Shown here in pieces: positions 1-8,588 of a stretch of DNA of 64,000 nt. The position numbers and the translations under genes were made by a program. The DNA is from an uncultured Alphaproteobacteria bacterium (GTDB lineage: Bacteria > Pseudomonadota > Alphaproteobacteria > Rs-D84), in assembly GCA_944390125.1 (NCBI GenBank), contig CALXOX010000003.1, positions 21,280 to 85,279 on the forward strand, written 5' to 3'. Under the pieces are notes generated by a model, which made no database searches, was not told where the DNA came from, and worked only from the letters and a program-made list of their open reading frames with translations. Each line of letters begins with the position of its first letter. Position 1 is the stretch's first letter.

Positions 1-300
1 CAAACTGCCGTGAAGCATTCTGTTGGCTACTCTTAAACAAAGCTGAAATTTTTTATCGTCAGGTGTTACATTTATGTAGTGATGATTTTTTGATTCTATA
101 TTTAAAGACTCAAACAAATTTTTGTCGGCAAGTATTTGTTCAAAACTTAAACCAGACACAACAGAAATATTTTTTATCATAGATGTCAATGCTTCTACTG
201 CGCGCAAAGACTTTGCTTGGGTTTCTGCAAAAACAATTCTGGCTATTTTATAAGGCACAGATTTTGAAGGTTCTGTGTTTTTTATAAGACTCAATTGCAT
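1..300 (-). CDS. Cell-wall hydrolase (SleB/CwlJ Hydrolase_2-like), N-terminal 100 aa; gene continues past window start
   Basis: My translation of the minus strand from ATG at 298-300 gives MQLSLIKNTEPSKSVPYKIARIVFAETQAKSLRAVEALTSMIKN..., with no stop before the window edge. The IARIVFAETQ...AVEAL pattern resembles cell-wall hydrolase family N-termini. Partial gene. Confidence 0.4.
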   Translation of the reverse strand, partial: MQLSLIKNTEPSKSVPYKIARIVFAETQAKSLRAVEALTSMIKNISVVSGLSFEQILADKNLFESLNIESKNHHYINVTPDDKKFQLCLRVANRMLHGSL

Positions 301-325
301 GGTTGCTTTTTCCTTGTTTAAAGAA

Positions 326-352
326 CAAAAAAAGTCGCACGATATGTGCGAC
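326..352 (-). terminator. Intrinsic terminator (minus strand)
   Basis: Hairpin GTCGCAC-GATA(T)-GTGCGAC at 334-352 preceded on plus by an A-run, which is a U-run after the hairpin on minus. Confidence 0.5.
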
Positions 353-360
353 CTGAACGA

Positions 361-393
361 AAAAATAAAAAAAATCCGCCAGTTTCCTGCGGA
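361..393 (-). terminator. Intrinsic terminator downstream of birA (minus strand)
   Basis: A-run 361-374 followed by TCCGC...GCGGA hairpin, downstream of birA stop. Confidence 0.4.
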
Positions 394-471
394 CATAATT
401 TCTCTTTTTTACGCATTATATAATACCATATTTTAACAAAAAAGTCAAGATAATATTTTTTTTGTTGGCGA

Positions 472-1155
472 TTATTGCATACTTATTTCATCACCGTATG
501 CCATTAAATATCTAGAACCATCACGTAAAACCAATGCCCCGTTTTCATTGATGCCGATAAGTTCTACATTTTCACCGCGATATTTAACAATTTTATTTAG
601 TCCTGTTGCCAAATCCATCCAACGTGCTCGTACGAGTGGAAAATCTGTGTTTCTCCACTTATCTAAATTTTTCATCAGTTTGTTTAATATATCCGATTTA
701 TCTACCTTTACGTAATTGTCTGTCTTTGTTGTTTGATATTTATCAACTGTTGGATTGGATTTTATGTTTATACCTATACCTATGATTACGAAGCGTCCGG
801 CGTATTCAGTTAAAGTGCCAGAAACTTTTTTTCCATCAATCAATATATCATTAGGCCATTTTATTTTTGGGTGCATACCAAAATGAATAAGAGTTTCTGC
901 AATTGCGACAGCAATCATATAAGATAGTCTTGGGTCTCGTTCTTCTGCATTGTAAATGAAACTGGCGTATAAATTACCATGATGAGAAATCCATGTCCTT
1001 CTGTATCTTCCACGGCCAGCGGATTGCGCTTCTGCCATGATAACAGTATGATCGCGCGCCTGACCGGTTGCGACCATATTTAAGGCGTATGTCTGGGTGC
1101 TTGATATTTTATCAAAAGAAAGCAATTTATAATTGGCCAATTTTATATACCCCAT
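472..1155 (-). CDS. birA: Biotin--[acetyl-CoA-carboxylase] ligase
   Basis: 227-aa ORF with GRGRYRRTW (the BirA GRGRxGRxW biotin-binding signature) and KWPNDIL motif. Confidence 0.85.
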   Translation of the reverse strand: MGYIKLANYKLLSFDKISSTQTYALNMVATGQARDHTVIMAEAQSAGRGRYRRTWISHHGNLYASFIYNAEERDPRLSYMIAVAIAETLIHFGMHPKIKWPNDILIDGKKVSGTLTEYAGRFVIIGIGINIKSNPTVDKYQTTKTDNYVKVDKSDILNKLMKNLDKWRNTDFPLVRARWMDLATGLNKIVKYRGENVELIGINENGALVLRDGSRYLMAYGDEISMQ

Positions 1156-1549
1156 CAGTGTTTATGATAAATTCGCGTCCAAAAGATTTTCGCAGTTGGT
1201 ATATTGCGGTATCAACGGCATGCGTTGTTGCGTTTGGTGAATATCCTAAAGCCTTTCGTAAATCTGCGGCCGACATTCCGCCGGATTTATAAAGCATTAT
1301 AACTATTTGAGCCTGTATATATGGTAATTGTACTTTCCGCCCGAATATGTCATACAGCAACTGTATGTTTCCATCAATAGCATTTTGAATGGCTGTTTTT
1401 ATGATAATTGGCGTTGCTGGTTGCTTTATGTTCAGAGAATCAAAGTCAATAAATGTTTCATCAAATTCATCACTGACAGTTGCGCCGAGTTCGGATAAAA
1501 TCTGGCGCCAAATTGGGTCTGAAGAATAGATTCTGATACCGTTTAACAT
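1127..1549 (-). CDS. Putative transcriptional regulator with C-terminal winged-helix (OmpR/PhoB-like effector domain)
   Basis: C-terminal AADLRKALGYSPNATTHAVDTAIYQLRKSFG...INTDGVYKIG resembles trans_reg_C winged helix. Start chosen at internal ATG (MLNGIR..., 1547-1549). Overlaps birA start by 29 nt. Confidence 0.4.
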   Translation of the reverse strand: MLNGIRIYSSDPIWRQILSELGATVSDEFDETFIDFDSLNIKQPATPIIIKTAIQNAIDGNIQLLYDIFGRKVQLPYIQAQIVIMLYKSGGMSAADLRKALGYSPNATTHAVDTAIYQLRKSFGREFIINTDGVYKIGQL

Positions 1550-1642
1550 ACTGACATTAGAATAATAGATGTGTACAGACTTGTCCAATAAAAAAGACCG
1601 TGGGCAGCACCACGGTCTTTGTGTATCCAAAACGCGCAGAAA

Positions 1643-1888
1643 CTATTCGCGTTCTCTATTTTGTGGTTCTATGAACTTAGTAAAGTCCTGAATGCTGGCA
1701 CCGGTTGACGACAGAATTTTAGAAATACTGTTCGTCGAAGGCCATCTGGGTTGTCCTTCTTTAGACCAACGCTTGCTTTTATTAAAAGTGGTCGGGTCTA
1801 AACCACTGCACTTTGCTAAACCTGAACAAGACATACCATGTTCTGTTGCAAAGCGTTCTATTGCCCGCCAAACATCTTCATGTGTCAT
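1643..1888 (-). CDS. Small HTH DNA-binding protein (repressor-like); paralog of 46029..46274
   Basis: 81 aa. The W.AI...A..HG.S.SGLA..SG.D.T.FNKSKR...G.P.W.S..S..KI pattern is shared with the ORF at 46029 (about 40% identity by eye). Confidence 0.55.
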   Translation of the reverse strand: MTHEDVWRAIERFATEHGMSCSGLAKCSGLDPTTFNKSKRWSKEGQPRWPSTNSISKILSSTGASIQDFTKFIEPQNRERE

Positions 1889-2301
1889 TTTTTCTCTCTC
1901 CTCTGGTTAGTGTTCGGATTACTCCGAAACTCTGGACACCTGTGACATATGTCTAATACTGATTTTATTCCAGCCCAAGGCTACGGGCAACAAGGACGAT
2001 TTCCTAAATTTTTGCTTTATGTCCTAAAAATAACACTAAAAAATTTTTTTGACAATAATACTTGACAAATAATAAAATATGTATTACATTTCGATTCGTC
2101 AAAGGGGGAAACCCCGGCGACGGGGTGAAAACCTCTTAGGGGTTCAGGGATTCAGACTCCCTCCTACATTCTCTCTCCTCTGGACTCTGGACCCCCACTT
2201 GAAAGTTTAGAATGCCCATTTCTTTTTCTCCTTTCCTTCCTTTCAGGGCATTCGGAAACACCGGCGGGCGACCGCCGGCGTTTTTTTATTTGTTTCAAGT
2301 G

Positions 2302-3228
2302 TTATTTAGTAAATACAGAGAAAAGTTCCCAGTGTGCGCTGCCAACAAACTGGTCAACAGGGATTAGTGTTTGTAATTTATATCCACCACGGGTCAATAT
2401 ATTTGCATCACGTTGCCATGTAGTTGGATTACATGACACGTATATTATTTTAGGAACAGTACTTTTTACCAGTTCTTTGCATTGTGACATTGCGCCTGCA
2501 CGAGGTGGGTCCATTACGATGCAGTCGTACTGTGCCAACATTCCAACCGTCAAGGGGTGAGTGAACAGGTCTCGTTTTACACCTGTACCAACTATATCAA
2601 AGCCGTCGGCGTTCAATGCAAAGGTAAAATTACCAAGGCCACAGAACAAATCTGCAGTATGCTTTGCACCGGTCGCATGATTTATAACCAAATCACGCAA
2701 TGATTTTTCACTTTCTTCTGTCGGTTGCAAAAAAGCACCTGACGGATATTCGACACTCTTGCCCTCAAACGTGATTGACGGAACAGCGGTTTGCATAACT
2801 GTGCGCTCGTTCCAAGTGGCGCGTATAACGTTTGGCAGTTTTTCTGCAGCATTCTTAAATTCGCTAGAAAAGTAAGGAACAGCAGAAGTAATTGCTATAT
2901 CTATACCGTTATTGCAGACTGTTATTAAACAAGAGCCCGCGCCGTTCCAAGGCAACTTGGCAAGTTTCGGCAATATATCATTTATTTCAGAACGCATTAA
3001 AGGACAATTGCGTACAGGTACAATGTTCTTAGACTTATTCTGATACAAACCGAAATTTCCATCGGCAAAAGCAAAATCTGCACGTCTGCGTGTGCCTATA
3101 TCTGTCCATATTGCGCTGCCTGTAAGTGGCAAGTTGTTTAACTCTGCTAATTTCTTGGTACGATAATCACCATCTGCAAAATCATATTTGCAACCACCAC
3201 ATATACCAAAGAACGTACAAGTCTTCAT
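2302..3228 (-). CDS. RNA (uracil-5-)-methyltransferase, RlmD/TrmA family, with N-terminal Fe-S Cys cluster
   Basis: FFGICGGCKYD Cys cluster at N-terminus; class I SAM MTase motifs (DLFCGLGNFTF, MDPPRAG); conserved C-terminal Cys (YVSCNP). Confidence 0.75.
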   Translation of the reverse strand: MKTCTFFGICGGCKYDFADGDYRTKKLAELNNLPLTGSAIWTDIGTRRRADFAFADGNFGLYQNKSKNIVPVRNCPLMRSEINDILPKLAKLPWNGAGSCLITVCNNGIDIAITSAVPYFSSEFKNAAEKLPNVIRATWNERTVMQTAVPSITFEGKSVEYPSGAFLQPTEESEKSLRDLVINHATGAKHTADLFCGLGNFTFALNADGFDIVGTGVKRDLFTHPLTVGMLAQYDCIVMDPPRAGAMSQCKELVKSTVPKIIYVSCNPTTWQRDANILTRGGYKLQTLIPVDQFVGSAHWELFSVFTK

Positions 3229-3232
3229 TGTT

Positions 3233-3886
3233 TTAGAAATGTACTCTTGCGCCTACACGGAATTGATGTGCAATCGGTGAAAAGTCAGAAATTGCTTCGA
3301 ATTTCGGCGAGAACATATACATGTATCTATAGCCAAAATCTAATGCAAAATGTTCGCCTAATTCAACAGATAAACCTGCCATAGCTGCTGCGACAGGGCT
3401 GATTTTATCTTCTATTGCTGTACCATCTGCTGAATTCCAAGAAATACCGGCCCCAAATCCTACGTATGGTACCATACGCTGTTTATAGAACAGGCGGTAT
3501 AGATTTCCGATGCGTGCATCAAATATTGCATTTATCATGGCTGTATTGCTAGTCAGTTCGAACGCATCCCATTTTGCAGGATTATATAGATAATTTGCTT
3601 CAATACGGAAAGTATCAAATACACGCACACCGGCCACAACTTCAAAAGAAGAAGTGTTTTTACCGCTGATGCTAACTACATCATCTGCACCGTTGTTCCA
3701 CATTGAAAAATCGTATGCGCCGCCGATATAAAATCTATGTAAACGTGCCAGCGCCTGTGAGTCTTCACCAGATATAGTCGCCTCTGCGGGCATATTTATC
3801 TGTTCAACACGATAAGGAATCGCGGCATTCGCGGTTAAAGGCAATAAAGTTAAAACGCCAAATAAAATTTTTGATTTCATTTTCAT
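3233..3886 (-). CDS. Outer-membrane beta-barrel protein (Omp25/OmpA-like small porin family)
   Basis: Signal peptide MKMKSKILFGVLTLLPLTANA, alternating-hydrophobic beta-strands and a C-terminal aromatic (ARVHF). Confidence 0.6.
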   Translation of the reverse strand: MKMKSKILFGVLTLLPLTANAAIPYRVEQINMPAEATISGEDSQALARLHRFYIGGAYDFSMWNNGADDVVSISGKNTSSFEVVAGVRVFDTFRIEANYLYNPAKWDAFELTSNTAMINAIFDARIGNLYRLFYKQRMVPYVGFGAGISWNSADGTAIEDKISPVAAAMAGLSVELGEHFALDFGYRYMYMFSPKFEAISDFSPIAHQFRVGARVHF

Positions 3887-3900
3887 TCCCTATCTTTATG

Positions 3901-4665
3901 TTAGAAATTCACGCGGAAAGACGCCATAATGTTGCTGATATTATCAACGCCACCTGCACGAACATCCCAACCAAAACCGTTTCCAATCATCATCTGATAT
4001 TGGTACATAATGTCGATACCAATCAGGTCATTTAACATTATATTAAAACCCAATGTGGCACGTGGTGCGGCAATAACAAAACCATCGGCCCCACCAGCGC
4101 CATCAAATTTATAGAATCCTGCTGCTGCCCCCAGCCCCATAAATGGTACAAAACGGCGACGATATGTAATATCGCCAGTTTGAACATATCTGCGGGCAAA
4201 ATCGAAATATAACATTCCGCCGACAGTCTGGTACGACGCCTGTGCATTGTCAATGTCAGAGAAGTTGAAAGTAGATTCTTGGAAGTCTATTTCCGTACGG
4301 ACATAAGAAGATAAATTCCAACCCAGACCAATTTGAGTTGTCCAGCTGCCAGAACTGCTGTATTCTTTATCGCCAACTTTTGCTTTATCTGTGGCAAAAG
4401 GCAGGTTCAAACCGCCGCCGGCGCGCATATACATAGACGTTGGTATAAACATTTGTATGTCGGAGTTATACCCAGCGTCCGCTGTTTGATACACGTCTAA
4501 GCCTAATTCACCTGGTGCAGGGTCTGGAACGTCGACATTAGCACGCGCTGCGACTAAGTCTAAGCCTTCCAGCACTTCAGCACGAAATTGCTCATCACTG
4601 TATTCCGCCAAAGCGGGGGTTGCCAGCAATACAGATAAAATTCCAAGATATGATATTTTTTTCAT
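3901..4665 (-). CDS. Outer-membrane beta-barrel protein (tandem neighbour of 3233..3886)
   Basis: Signal peptide MKKISYLGILSVLLATPALA and C-terminal ...SFRVNF. Gly/aromatic-rich beta-strand pattern. Confidence 0.6.
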   Translation of the reverse strand: MKKISYLGILSVLLATPALAEYSDEQFRAEVLEGLDLVAARANVDVPDPAPGELGLDVYQTADAGYNSDIQMFIPTSMYMRAGGGLNLPFATDKAKVGDKEYSSSGSWTTQIGLGWNLSSYVRTEIDFQESTFNFSDIDNAQASYQTVGGMLYFDFARRYVQTGDITYRRRFVPFMGLGAAAGFYKFDGAGGADGFVIAAPRATLGFNIMLNDLIGIDIMYQYQMMIGNGFGWDVRAGGVDNISNIMASFRVNF

Positions 4666-4757
4666 ATTTTAATTCACCCAGTATTTAATATATCAAGACA
4701 ATTCTAACATAAATTGCGACTTGATTCCAGCGTGATTTATTCGTACCATATTATGAT

Positions 4758-5588
4758 ATGAAGAAGAAAATAAATAAGTCTGATAAGCAAATAGCTCTGA
4801 TAGCTGGGGCGCTAGATTTACCATTTTTTACCCGAGATGCTTTACGTAGAGCAGGGTGGGACGTTTATGTTGTCGGGTTAAAGAATTTTTATGATCCGCG
4901 ATTAAAGCCTGATATTGCAGTTCGGCCTGGTGGAGGCTGGCCAGCAATTCGTGAATTCCGTCGCCGTGGCATAAAAAAATTGACGTTTGTTGGGGCACTT
5001 GGGCATCCGAACCTAGCGGATATTAGACCAGATTTATGGTCTATTGGGTTATTGTTTAGTATTTTAAGACATCAACGGGGGTATGATTCGATGGCAGTTG
5101 CATTCAATAAAGCATTAGAAAAGCGTGGGTTTGAAATTGTGGCGGCACAAGATGTTGCGCCTGAATTGACTTTTCAAAAGGCTGGTGTTCAGACGAAGGC
5201 AAAACCAACATCACGTGACAAGCATGATATTGAACGTGCTATAGAAGTATCTCATACAATTGGTGCCGCGGATATTGGTGCGTCTGTTGTTGTTGATAAG
5301 CAGGTAATTGCTGTAGAGGCAGCAGAAGGTACAGCAAAAATGTTAGAACGCGTTGTGTCAATGCGTAAAGACCGTAAACGTATAAGTGGTGTTTTTGCAA
5401 AGATGACAAAACCAGGTCAAGATTTAAGAATAGACATTCCGGCAATTGGCGTTGACACGGTGAACGCCGTTGCTGATGCAAAGTTGCGTGGAATTATTGT
5501 GAATACTAAGACGTGTTTTGTTGTGGATAAAGATGCAGTTATAAAACAGGCAAATAAAAGAAAAATATTTATTGTTGCTATGGACTAA
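4758..5588 (+). CDS. LpxI-like (DUF1009) putative UDP-2,3-diacylglucosamine hydrolase
   Basis: 276 aa, no signal peptide. The overall pattern (IAGxLDLP N-terminus, central VAAQDV, C-terminal GVDTV..AKL.GI.V) resembles alphaproteobacterial LpxI. Family call is from memory, not a search. Confidence 0.45.
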   Translation: MKKKINKSDKQIALIAGALDLPFFTRDALRRAGWDVYVVGLKNFYDPRLKPDIAVRPGGGWPAIREFRRRGIKKLTFVGALGHPNLADIRPDLWSIGLLFSILRHQRGYDSMAVAFNKALEKRGFEIVAAQDVAPELTFQKAGVQTKAKPTSRDKHDIERAIEVSHTIGAADIGASVVVDKQVIAVEAAEGTAKMLERVVSMRKDRKRISGVFAKMTKPGQDLRIDIPAIGVDTVNAVADAKLRGIIVNTKTCFVVDKDAVIKQANKRKIFIVAMD

Positions 5589-5621
5589 TAAAAAATCCCG
5601 CTTTTGCGGGATTTGTTTTTT
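5588..5621. terminator. Bidirectional intrinsic terminator
   Basis: ATCCCGC-TTTT-GCGGGAT hairpin (5595-5612) flanked by an A-run and a T-run, between convergent stops at 5588 and 5621. Confidence 0.6.
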
Positions 5622-5770
5622 TAGCAACCGCCGGTTGCATTACCAATAATCTTGGAAATAGAAATATCTTTGTGCAACAAGAAATCATATTCACAATTGC
5701 CTTGCTTATAAGAACCAGTGCAAGCAGCCAAAGTCAAAACGGCGAACAAAGCCAACATTACTTTTTTCAT
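5621..5770 (-). CDS. Small lipoprotein (49 aa), not in ORF track
   Basis: My translation: MKKVMLALFAVLTLAACTGSYKQGNCEYDF..., with lipobox LAAC. SD GGAG 8 nt upstream of the ATG at 5768-5770. Confidence 0.4.
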   Translation of the reverse strand: MKKVMLALFAVLTLAACTGSYKQGNCEYDFLLHKDISISKIIGNATGGC

Positions 5771-5837
5771 ATATTTCTCCTTTTTACGTAAAAAGTGTAT
5801 TTTGATTATAAATTACGGAGGTAATTTTTGCAAGGAA

Positions 5838-6191
5838 CTATATAGCGGATTTTATCCACTGTATTTTATGTGGCATAACAACCACAATGTCAAATCGGGC
5901 ATCACCTTTCCACCGTTTTTGCGCGATGTAAGTTTCTGCTGCTTGGCGTAATCTATTTGTTTGTACTGGGGTTACAGCTTCTAGACCAGTTACCAAATTT
6001 TTGCGTCTTTTAACTTCAACGAAAACGATTAAATTTTTACGTTTGGCGATGATATCTATTTCCGCGCGTCCAGTATTTTTTCCTGTGATGTAGCGCCTGT
6101 GTAATATTTTGAATCCGTGTAAACGCAAATAAATACCAGCAATGAATTCAGAAAATATGCCAATGTCGTACGAAGTTAGATTAGAATGCAT
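5838..6191 (-). CDS. yraN: YraN-family (UPF0102) putative endonuclease
   Basis: Start trimmed to the internal ATG (MHSNLTSYDIG...). The GIFSEFIAGIYLRLHGFKIL...AEIDIIA...LVFVEVKRR pattern is typical of YraN/UPF0102. Confidence 0.7.
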   Translation of the reverse strand: MHSNLTSYDIGIFSEFIAGIYLRLHGFKILHRRYITGKNTGRAEIDIIAKRKNLIVFVEVKRRKNLVTGLEAVTPVQTNRLRQAAETYIAQKRWKGDARFDIVVVMPHKIQWIKSAI

Positions 6192-6969
6192 ATGGTTTTG
6201 CCTGAAAGTTTTCACGTGCTGCTTGAATACCACGGGTTATGTCTGAAGTGTATGTTCCCATATCTACTAAATCCAAAGAGCCATAATAAGCCGTCATCAT
6301 AGGGTCATATGAATTATTTGTAGAAATCCATTTATCGGTACCAGAATTTGGTGCCCCATATTTATCAAGAACCCCTTGCCAGAAAGTTAAAATTTTCTTT
6401 TCGCGTTGGTCTGTAAATTTTTCGTTATCGCCCTCAATTTCATTTACGTCGTTGTTATAGACAACACGCCATACAATATTATCACTGGCATTACTGGTGA
6501 AATATACAACGATTGTTTCGCCTGTATTTTCTCTAACTAGATGTAATTCAGAAGCATACAAAAGACCACGGTTTTTAGCCAAAGAATTTATGCATTGTTC
6601 CAGTTCTGCTGGCACAAAGATTCCTTGTTGGCGACATTCATAATCTAAATTATACTTCCATTCTTTTTGAATAGAATAAATTATACTGTCTTTTTCACGT
6701 GGAGAATACAGACCTTTAGCTTTGAAAAACAACGTTTCTACGTCATCAAAGGGCATTCCTAACATAATACCGGCAATATCAAAATTATTTACTGTTACTG
6801 GTTCTGCCCCTGGATTTAATGATACAGAAGAAGTTGTCAAATCATCGCCGCCGCTTTCTGTAATTGTAAAATTACTGAAATCAAAATCATCCGTTGCCGC
6901 ACAGCACAGGGTTGTGCAAGTCATAACTAATGCAACAGACATTAAAAAGATAAAAGATTTTTTCTGCAT
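6181..6969 (-). CDS. Secreted hypothetical protein (262 aa)
   Basis: Signal peptide MQKKSFIFLMSVALVMTCTTLCCAA. ATG with AAGGG SD. Lies 3 nt after the upstream gene stop and overlaps the yraN start by 11 nt, consistent with an operon. Confidence 0.5.
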   Translation of the reverse strand: MQKKSFIFLMSVALVMTCTTLCCAATDDFDFSNFTITESGGDDLTTSSVSLNPGAEPVTVNNFDIAGIMLGMPFDDVETLFFKAKGLYSPREKDSIIYSIQKEWKYNLDYECRQQGIFVPAELEQCINSLAKNRGLLYASELHLVRENTGETIVVYFTSNASDNIVWRVVYNNDVNEIEGDNEKFTDQREKKILTFWQGVLDKYGAPNSGTDKWISTNNSYDPMMTAYYGSLDLVDMGTYTSDITRGIQAARENFQAKPYAF

Positions 6970-6972
6970 CTA

Positions 6973-7620
6973 TTATTGCCCTTGAATGATTTGATTTACT
7001 CTAAAATTGAATACTGCTGCTGGATCGCCACCGTCTTCTAGATACTGGTGTAAAGCATCTATATCTACGCCGTTTCGCATTCCCATTTCATACGTTATAT
7101 TCATATACATAGTACCACGAGTTACGGTTGGTGATATACTAAAATCATTTGGTTTTTCCCATGTTTTTAGTTCGTAATTTACAACCCAGTATTTACTGCC
7201 GTTTGGTTGAAAAATATCATCTATCACGCGAACGGTTCGCATAGATTTATTTTCCGCTAATTTTTGTATAACACTTGCTTCATTCGCAGCCCATTCGTCA
7301 AATACAGTTGACGATGACATGAGGGCCAAGACACTGTTTGCCCGAGTTCTACTTGCTATGTTTTCTGCATCTGGTGCCGCATAGAAGTACTCTGTTATAT
7401 ACTTTCGTACCAACAAATTTAAAAATTGTGATTCTCCCATATACTCTGCAGTCTGTGGGACCCCGGGACGTTGAGTCGATAAATTATTTGGTTGAAAAAA
7501 GTATGGTATAACAAGTTGTTTTTGACCTGCATCAAATATACCGCCGACAAAATATACCGTCACCCCGGTCAATGCCAGTAGTACTAAGCCTGTTAAAAAC
7601 ATAATCAACTTTTTCATCAA
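6973..7620 (-). CDS. Bitopic inner-membrane protein with periplasmic domain (possible NTF2/VirB8-like fold; speculative)
   Basis: N-terminal TM (LIMFLTGLVLLALTGVTVYFV) then a ~180-aa soluble domain. TTG (7620) or ATG (7617) start overlapping the upstream stop in TGATG, indicating translational coupling. Confidence 0.5.
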   Translation of the reverse strand: MMKKLIMFLTGLVLLALTGVTVYFVGGIFDAGQKQLVIPYFFQPNNLSTQRPGVPQTAEYMGESQFLNLLVRKYITEYFYAAPDAENIASRTRANSVLALMSSSTVFDEWAANEASVIQKLAENKSMRTVRVIDDIFQPNGSKYWVVNYELKTWEKPNDFSISPTVTRGTMYMNITYEMGMRNGVDIDALHQYLEDGGDPAAVFNFRVNQIIQGQ

Positions 7621-8318
7621 TTTATCTTATACGCATTAAAGTCAGCAATATAGTACCCAAGTGTTTGGGGATATGATGACATGTTCCGTGCAACTTTTAC
7701 AAACGCAATAACATTTATATCGCCGGACACATTTGATTGTATCTTTGCGGACAGTCGCCACGTACCGCCAGTTTCTTTAATTTGTCCGGCTGGCTCAATT
7801 TGTATTGTTGTTTTATCTACAATCCAACGTTCGCCAGCAGATACACGTTCTTGATATTCTGGTACAACGTTATAAATGAAGTCAGAAAAAACTTCTTCGC
7901 CAGATGTACAAAACAAAGAACATTTTTTATCACCATAAGGCAGGATTGTTTCTGTACCACAATCTGTTCTTCTTTCACAGGTTTGCCAAATTGCGTCATT
8001 TTCTTCCGATACACTAGAAATTGTGAACCAGTTTGCGGTAAAATTCGCAACAACAGATTGTTGTAAAGACCATAAATAAGGGTATTCAATTGGCCCATTA
8101 CCATGAGAGTGCCCGACAACGCTCCATTGACCAGTAAGTTTATCAATTGATACTATAAACGGGTCAATTCTTTGAGAACGCACTGCCCAAAGTAAAAGGA
8201 CGCATACAAAGATTATCATTACAAACAAAGTGCACGACGCCACCGCCATAAATCTAGATACGGCGATACGTGGCCCCGCTGGGAAAGCGGGTGTGTCAAA
8301 GTTGCTTGGATAATCCAA
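7617..8318 (-). CDS. Bitopic inner-membrane protein (233 aa), TTG start
   Basis: TTG start at 8316-8318 preceded by a GGAGGG SD with 6-nt spacing. Single TM (FMAVASCTLFVMIIFVCVLLLWAV) and a Cys-containing periplasmic domain. Confidence 0.5.
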   Translation of the reverse strand: MDYPSNFDTPAFPAGPRIAVSRFMAVASCTLFVMIIFVCVLLLWAVRSQRIDPFIVSIDKLTGQWSVVGHSHGNGPIEYPYLWSLQQSVVANFTANWFTISSVSEENDAIWQTCERRTDCGTETILPYGDKKCSLFCTSGEEVFSDFIYNVVPEYQERVSAGERWIVDKTTIQIEPAGQIKETGGTWRLSAKIQSNVSGDINVIAFVKVARNMSSYPQTLGYYIADFNAYKIN

Positions 8319-8341
8319 CGAAATCCCTCCAACTTAAAATT

Positions 8342-8488
8342 TTAAGCTTGATAGACCATAATGCAGGCGCATGGACTTAGTTTCAGTTCATTATTATCAT
8401 AACCAACGCCAACGGGTTCACGGTCATAAATTTGCCCACAACCAGCCAAAACCAGTGCGACAAAGAAACCTAATATAACTTTCTTCAT
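8342..8488 (-). CDS. Small lipoprotein (48 aa)
   Basis: Start at the internal ATG (MKKVILGFFVALVLAGCGQ..., lipobox LAGC) with a strong SD (AAGGGGGAAAG). First gene of the operon downstream of bamA. Confidence 0.45.
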   Translation of the reverse strand: MKKVILGFFVALVLAGCGQIYDREPVGVGYDNNELKLSPCACIMVYQA

Positions 8489-8550
8489 ATCTTTCCCCCT
8501 TAGATTTATTGAATTATAAGAAAATTTCGCTATATCGGTCAAGATATAAA

Positions 8551-8588
8551 ACTAAAAAAGGTCGATGATTTAATCGACCTTTTTGTTT
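8551..8588. terminator. Bidirectional intrinsic terminator after bamA
   Basis: GGTCGAT-GATTTA-ATCGACC hairpin with an A-run before and a T-run after on plus, immediately 3' of the bamA stop. Confidence 0.6.

Noticed and set aside
6181-8318. Calling this operon a type IV secretion (VirB8/VirB9 or DotI/DotH) fragment
   Set aside because: Only the general topology (bitopic proteins with periplasmic domains, then a secreted protein) fits. I see no diagnostic VirB8 NPxGF-type motif. The 262-aa secreted protein looks helical rather than VirB9-like. No VirB4/B10/B11/D4 ATPase or core genes are in the window. It is kept only as a hypothesis in the findings.
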